From: Octopus vulgaris
Lineage: Eukaryota
Length of the DNA: 15,651 bases
Assembly (NCBI GenBank): GCA_951406725.2
Contig: OY720585.1
Location: 1-15,651, forward strand
Direction of reading: 5' to 3'
Shown: positions 9,458 through 15,651 of the stretch, piece after piece
Layout: every line of letters begins with the position of its first letter
Position numbering within the stretch: position 1 is the first letter of the stretch
Translations under genes and position numbers: made by a program
Notes under the pieces: model-generated
Databases searched by the model: none
The model's input: the letters and a program-made list of their open reading frames with translations, nothing else
Told to the model about the DNA's origin: nothing

Positions 9458-10397
9458 ATGTTTGTTGAATTGATTTCGTATGTGGTTGCATGTATTTCTG
9501 CATTATTGGCGGTTGCTTTTTTTACATTATTGGAGCGAAAAGGATTAAGATATTTTCAGTTACGTAAAGGTCCTAATAAAGTAGGCTTAATAGGATTACC
9601 TCAACCTTTATCAGATGCAATTAAGTTATTTAGAAAAGAGTATATTAAACCTACTTTAGTTAATTATTTTCCTTTTTTGGTTTGTCCATTTTTAAGTTTA
9701 TTTTTTGCTTTATTTTTGTGAATATTATATAATGGTTATTTTTTTGTAAGGATGGGGGGATAAGTATGATGATGTTTTTATGTATTTCTAGAATTGGTGT
9801 TTATTGTGTTATGGGTGCTGGTTGATTTTCTAATTCTAAGTATGCTTTATTAGGGTCTGTGCGTGCAGTTGCTCAAAGAATTTCTTATGAGGTTAGGATA
9901 TCTTTAATTTTAATGAGTTGTTTGTTGTTGGTGGGAAGTATTAGTTTAGTGAATTTGTTAAAATATCAATATATTTGTTGAATTTTTTTGTTAATTTTTT
10001 TATATTTATAATGTGGGTTGTGTCAATAATTGCGGAGACTCATCGAGCTCCTTTTGATTTTGCTGAAGGGGAATCAGAATTAGTTTCTGGTTTTAATGTT
10101 GAGTATGGAGGAGTAGGATTTGCTTTATTATTTATAGCTGAATATAGTAATATTTTATTTATGAGGTTTTTATGTGGAGTATTATTTTTTGGAGGAGGAT
10201 TTTTAAGTGTTTCTATTGGGTTTTCTATATCATTAGTTGTAGGATTATTAAGATTTTTATTTATTTGAGTTCGTGCGAGTTATCCTCGATATCGTTATGA
10301 TTTATTGATATATTTAATTTGGAAGAGATATTTACCATGTGTATTAATAATTTTAATTTTTGTTGGAATGTTTAGTAAAATAATGTTTTATTTATAA
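9458..10397 (+). CDS. nad1: NADH dehydrogenase subunit 1 (two 1-nt deletions)
   Basis: MFVELISY...AFFTLLERK...RKGPNKVG...AVAQSISYE...[25 protein letters not shown]...PRYRYD; TAA 10395-10397; 940 nt; frame breaks at G6 9754-9759 and T7 9983-9989. Confidence 0.97.
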
Positions 10398-10400
10398 ATA

Positions 10401-10466
10401 CAAAAATAGTTTAATTAAAATAATAACATTGGAAGTTATAGATTAAAATGATGTTTTATTTTTTGA
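10401..10466 (+). tRNA. trnP: tRNA-Pro (TGG)
   Basis: Anticodon arm ATAAC-ATTGGAA-GTTAT; acceptor CAAAAA/TTTTTTG is one A short on the 5' side. Confidence 0.88.
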
Positions 10467-10467
10467 T

Positions 10468-10980
10468 ATGGTATTGATAATATATTTTTCATTAGGGTTT
10501 TCTGTTGTTAGTTTATTAATTATTTTAATTCAACCGTTGAGATTAGGATTTATAATTATATTAGTTAGGATTTTTATAAGGATTTTAATTTCTTTTTTTA
10601 TTTATTCTTGATATGGTTATATATTATTTTTGGTATATGTAGGTGGTTTATTGGTAATATTTATATATATTATCAGTCTTATTCCTAATTTGATTTTTTT
10701 TTCTAAGGGATTAATTATATATGTGTTGGTTGGATTTTTTTCTTTTTTTTTTGATGAATATAATTTCTATATATTATTATTTGGATGTTAGTATGAGTGG
10801 GATAAAGATAATGGAGGTTAAATTTTTGAGATTAGGTATATCTAGTTTATTAATAAGAAGATTTAATTTTTTTGTTATGTGTTTTTAGGTGTATTATTAC
10901 TATTAGTTTTAGTGAGTGTTGTTAAAATTTGTTATTATTGTGAGGGGCCGTTACGAGTATTTAAATATAAATATGCTTAG
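10468..10980 (+). CDS. nad6: NADH dehydrogenase subunit 6 (two compensating frameshifts)
   Basis: MVLMMYFS...QPLSLG...[28 protein letters not shown]...[13 protein letters not shown]...TAG 10978-10980; as written a TAG appears at 10789-10791 between shifts at T10 10743-10752 and T7 10867-10873. Confidence 0.94.
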
Positions 10981-12108
10981 TTCATTACGAAAAACTCATC
11001 CTGTTTTGCAGATTGTAAATAGAGCATTAGTTGATTTACCATCACCTGTTAATTTATTTATTTGGTGAAATTTTGGGTCTTTATTAGGTTTATGTTTAAT
11101 TATTCAATTGATAAGGGGTATTTTTCTTGCTATACATTATACATCATGTATTGAATATTCTTTTGATTCTGTAATCCATATTATACGAGATGTTAATTAT
11201 GGGTGGGTATTGCGTTATATTCATGCTAATGGGGCATCTTTTTTTATTTGTTTATATATACATATTGGTCGTGGTTTATATTATGGTTCCTATATAAGTG
11301 TTTATACTTGAAATATTGGGGTAGTGTTATATATTTTGGTTATGTTAACTGGATTTGTAGGATATGTTTTACCTTGAGGTCAGATATCATTTTGGGGGCG
11401 ACAGTAATTACTAATTTAGTATCTGTTGTTCCATATATTGGGGAGGTTTTAGTATATTGAATCTGAGGAGGATTTTCTGTTGATAATGCTACTTTGAGTC
11501 GATTTTTTTGTTTTCATTTTTTGTTTCCTTTTATTATTGTGGGTTTAGTTATTTTACATTTTTTGTTTTTACATGAAGGGGGTTCAAATAATCCATTAGG
11601 ATTAAATAGAGATTTAGATAAGATTCCTTTTCATCATTATCATACATATAAAGATATTTTGGGATTCCTTGTAATATTATTTGCGTTAGTTGAGTTGAGT
11701 TTATTATTTCCTAATATATTGGGGGATGCTGAGAATTTTATTCCTGCGAATCCTTTAGTTACTCCTATTCATATTAAGCCTGAGTGATATTTTTTGTTTG
11801 CTTATGCTATTTTGCGTTCAATTCCTAATAAATTGGGGGGAGTAGTTAGTTTAGGAATATCTATTGTTGTTTTGTTTGTTTGTCCATTTTTACATGTTAG
11901 AGGGTGTATGGGATTATGTTATAATTTTTTAGGACAGTTTTGTTTTTGATTTTTAATTGGTGTGTTTTTTATTTTAACATGGATTGGGAGTTGTCCAGTA
12001 GAATATCCATATGAAATAATTGGTCGTATTTTTAGGGTTTTATATTTTACTTGTTTTTTAATTCGACCTGTTTTAGATATATTATGAATATATATATTAG
12101 ATTATTAG
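10973..12108 (+). CDS. cob: Cytochrome b (one 1-nt deletion and one missing codon)
   Basis: [10 protein letters not shown]...WWNFGSLLG...[10 protein letters not shown]...GYVLPWGQMSFWG(A)TVITNL...[28 protein letters not shown]; TAG 12106-12108; shift at G5 11394-11398; overlaps nad6 by 8 nt. Confidence 0.98.
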
Positions 12109-12171
12109 GTTATATTGGATAAATATAGGTTTTGAAAACCTACTATAAGTGTTCGATTCACTTATAACCTT
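12107..12171 (+). tRNA. trnS2: tRNA-Ser(UCN) (TGA), reduced D-arm
   Basis: Acceptor AGGTTAT/ATAACCT; anticodon arm TAGGT-TTTGAAA-ACCTA; T arm AAGTG-TTCGATT-CACTT. Confidence 0.93.
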
Positions 12172-12182
12172 TTAAAAGGATA

Positions 12183-12247
12183 AGTTATAAAAATAAGATA
12201 TTTAATTTTGGTTTACAAGACCAATGTTTTATATAAACTATTATAAC
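12183..12247 (-). tRNA. trnT: tRNA-Thr (TGT)
   Basis: Acceptor GTTATAA/TTATAAC; anticodon arm TTGGT-CTTGTAA-ACCAA; the only minus-strand gene within the plus-strand block. Confidence 0.94.
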
Positions 12248-12251
12248 GTGT

Positions 12252-12548
12252 ATGATTATAAATAATTGTTTATTGTTAGGAATATATATGTATACATGTG
12301 GTTTATTTGTTTTATTATTTCAGTGAAAACATATTTTGAATATTTTATTAGGTTTTGAAGTGTTGACATTAAGAGTAATTTCTATATTTTTTTTTTCTGT
12401 GGGTGTAGTAAGATTGAATTTATATTTGGTTATTATTATTGTTGTTTTTGGAGTTTGTGAGGCTTCTTTAGGGTTATCTTTGTTAGTTAGTTTTATTCGT
12501 TTACATGGTAATGATTACGTAATGAGTTTAAGAGTTTATAAATTATAG
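12252..12548 (+). CDS. nad4L: NADH dehydrogenase subunit 4L
   Basis: MIMNNCLLLG...KHILNILLGFE...GVCEASLGLSLLVSFIRLHGNDY...TAG; 297 nt in frame. Confidence 0.96.
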
Positions 12549-13889
12549 GAATATTAATAGGAATTATTATATTATTGTTGTTGAATTTTTGGTTAAAGTG
12601 AGAGTTACGTTTATGATTTATGTTAATTTTTAGTTTTATGAGATTAAAATATTTAAATATTGATTGTAGGGGGGTGAGGGAGTTTTATTTTTCTTTAGAT
12701 AAGGTGTCGATGATTTTGGTATTATTAAGATTTTGAACGAGTAGTTTAATATTATTATCTAGTTATAAATCAGTAAAAAGGGTTAATAATAAGATGAGAT
12801 TTTTTTCTTTTTTGTGTATTATTATTATGTTTTGTAGTAATTGTGTTTTTTTTGGTAGAAAATTTAATTATATTTTATTTATTTTTTGAGGTTTCATTAA
12901 TTCCTACATTGTTGTTGATTTTAAGTTGGGGTTATCAACCTGAGCGTTTACAAGCTGGTATATATATAATATTATATACAGTAAGTGCTTCTTTACCTTT
13001 ATTATTATGTTTATTATTATGGGGATATCAAGAGGGGTCATATAGGATAGATTTAATTAAATTGTTATTTATTAATGATGTTGGGTTATATTGAGTTATT
13101 GGTTTATTATTAGCCTTTTTGGTGAAATTACCAATTTATTTTTTTCATTTATGGTTACCTAAAGCTCATGTAGAAGCTCCTATTTCTGGGTCTATAATTT
13201 TGGCAAGTGTACTATTAAAATTAGGTGGGTATGGAATTATACGATTTATGGGGTTATTTAAGTTTTTAGGTGGTAGTTATATAGTATTATTGGTTGTTAT
13301 TTGTTTATGGGGAGGTTTATTGACTTCTGTTATTTGTGTTGGTCAGAGGGATATAAAAAGATTGATTGCTTATTCTTCTATTGGTCATATGGGGGTAATA
13401 TTAGCAGGAATAATTAGAGGGTTTATTATTGGTTGAGAGGGGGCTATTTTGATGATAGTTTGTCATGGATTGTGTTCTTCAGGTTTGTTTTGTTTAGGAA
13501 ATTTAATTTATGAAAAGATTAATAGACGAAGATTGTTTTTATGTGGAGGAATAATTAATTATAATCCTATAATGAGTTTATTGATGTTTTTGTTATGTAT
13601 TTGTAATATAGGAGCTCCTCCATTTATCAATTTGGTTAGTGAAATTATATTATATATTTCTATATATATATATAGATTATATTTATTATTTTTTGTGTTA
13701 ATAATAGTGTTTATGGGAGGATTATATAATTTGGTTTTTTATGTTACGGTAGATCATGGTCAGATGATAAGGTTTATAAAAGTTTTGAATGTTAATAAGA
13801 GGAATGAAAATTTATTATTAGTATTACATATTATTCCTTTATTGATATTTATTTTGAATGTTGGATATATTAGAGGTATTGACTTTTAA
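12545..13889 (+). CDS. nad4: NADH dehydrogenase subunit 4 (one apparent extra T)
   Basis: ATA start at 12545 (ATT 12542 possible); [60 protein letters not shown]; TAA 13887-13889; frame moves by +1 in T runs at 12800-12813. Confidence 0.96.
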
Positions 13890-13895
13890 TTATTA

Positions 13896-13959
13896 GTAAA
13901 ATTAGTTTATGTGAAAATACTAGGTTGTGGGCTTAGAGAAAAAGTTAATTTATTTTACT
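13896..13959 (+). tRNA. trnH: tRNA-His (GTG)
   Basis: Acceptor GTAAAAT/ATTTTAC; anticodon arm CTAGG-TTGTGGG-CTTAG. Confidence 0.93.
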
Positions 13960-15651
13960 ATGAATAAATTAAAGTTGGAAATTTTTTTAGTGTTGTGTTA
14001 ATGTCAGTCTCTTTTATATTTATAATTATATTTATATATTTAATTTTAAATAATTATTGTTATATTATTTCATGGGAAATTTTCAATGTAATAAGGTTGT
14101 TTGTTGAATTAGATGTTTTGTTTGATTGAGTTAGTTGTAGTTTTAGTAGATTAGTTTGTTTGATTTCTAGATCAGTATGTATTTTTAGAGTTAGTTATAT
14201 AAGTGGAGATGTTAATGTTAAGCGTTTTATAATGGTGTTGATGTTATTTGTTTTATCTATAAATTTTTTGATTTTTATTCCTAGATTTGTTAGTTTAATT
14301 TTAGGATGAGATGGATTAGGTTTAGTATCGTTTTGTTTAGTAATTTATTATCAAAATAATAAATCATTAAGTGCAGGTATATTAACAGTATTAATAAATC
14401 GAATCGGAGATTGTTTTATTTTGGCTGGAATTAGGATTATGTCATTGTTGGGACATTGAAATTATTTATGTATTTGATATTTTTGATTTATTGATATTTG
14501 CATAATTTTTGTGGTTATTGCTGGAATAACCAAGAGAGCTCAGATTCCTTTTAGAAGTTGACTTCCTGCTGCTATAGCAGCACCAACCCCAGTTTCAGCT
14601 TTAGTACATTCATCTACTTTAGTTACAGCAGGGGTGTATTTATTAATTCGGTTTTATAATTATTTAGTTGAAGTAAATTATTTTTGTAACTTTATAGTGT
14701 TTATTTCAGTTATAACTACTTTTATATCGGGGGTTTGTGCTATTTATGAATATGATATAAAAAAAATTATTGCTTTATCGACTTTAAGACAATTAGGGGT
14801 TATGATAATGTCTTTGGGAATAAAGATACCTATATTAGCTTTATTCCATTTATATACTCATGCTATGTTTAAAGCTTTGTTGTTTTTATGTGGAGGTAAT
14901 ATTATTCATTGTTATTGTGGTGCTCAGGATATTCGAGATATTAAGGGAGTTAGATATAATTTACCTTTTACTAGAATTATTCTTAATATTTCGAATATGG
15001 CGTTATGTGGGTTTCCGTTTTTAGCTGGATTTTATTCGAAAGATTTAATTATTGAAATTTTATTAAGTAGAGATATTAATATGTTGATTAGTTTGTTTGG
15101 ATTATTTGGGGTGTGTTTAACTATATTGTATTCATTACGTATATCTATGTATGTAGTATGAGGGGATGTAAAAAGAGGTGTATATGAAAATATGGAGGAT
15201 GATAATTTATATATTATTGTATCAATAATGGTTTTGTGTATAGGTGCTTTATTTGGGGGATTTATATTACAAAATATTGTTATTCATTTTAATGAAATGA
15301 TTGTTTTACCTTTATTATATAAAATGTTGGTAGTAATATTGTTGTTATTTAGATTAATATTATCTTTTAGATTATGAGGGGGTAAATTATTAAAAATTAA
15401 TTATAGATTAATATATTGGTGTAATAGTAAAATATGGTTTATATCTTCTTTAAGGGGGTATCCATTTATATTAATAATAAAAAATATTACTAATATAAAT
15501 TTAAAGTTGGTGGATATAGGTTGATTAGAAATATTAGGAGGTCAGGGAATACTTATAATTATTAAAAAGGTTATATATATAATGGAATGGTGGATGATTG
15601 TTTTATTTAATATTAATATAATTATTATTATTTATATTATTTTTATGATTT
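13960..15651 (+). CDS. nad5: NADH dehydrogenase subunit 5 (1-nt deletion at 13982-13988; incomplete T stop)
   Basis: ATG directly after trnH; [81 protein letters not shown]; ends ...ATG ATT T at 15651, abutting trnF at base 1. Confidence 0.97.

Noticed and set aside
10973-12548. Short overlaps nad6/cob (8 nt), nad4L/nad4 (4-7 nt), cob/trnS2, cox2/trnD and nad3/trnS1 (2 nt)
   Set aside because: Ordinary features of compact molluscan mitogenomes

Overview
This is a complete circular animal mitochondrial genome of an octopod cephalopod, read with the invertebrate mitochondrial code (table 5: TGA=Trp, AGR=Ser, ATA=Met). The cox1 5' region looks to me like Octopus, probably the O. vulgaris complex; that is recollection and needs BLAST. 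It holds 13 protein genes, 22 tRNAs, rrnS, rrnL and one ~645-bp control region. nad5 ends at base 15651 on an incomplete 'T' stop that abuts trnF at base 1, closing the circle. Minus strand: cox3-K-A-R-N-I-nad3-S1-nad2-cox1-cox2-D-atp8-atp6, plus trnT. Plus strand: E-G-Q-W-Y-C-M-rrnS-V-rrnL-L1-L2-nad1-P-nad6-cob-S2-nad4L-nad4-H-nad5-F. This is the ordinary octopod arrangement with no duplicated or extra genes. The supplied ORF track uses the wrong genetic code, so it only gives fragments and antisense shadows. The main anomaly is 12 single-base frameshifts in 8 genes plus one lost Phe codon in cob, all in homopolymer runs; this is most likely consensus error rather than biology. One shift produces an apparent atp8-atp6 fusion. 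The best biological leads are GG overlaps at trnY/trnC and trnK/trnA (predicted 3' tRNA editing), U.U mismatches in several acceptor stems, an atp6 with no stop codon at the expected place, and a control region with two hairpin + G-tract modules and a strand-biased TATAAAT array. I found no convincing undescribed biological system.
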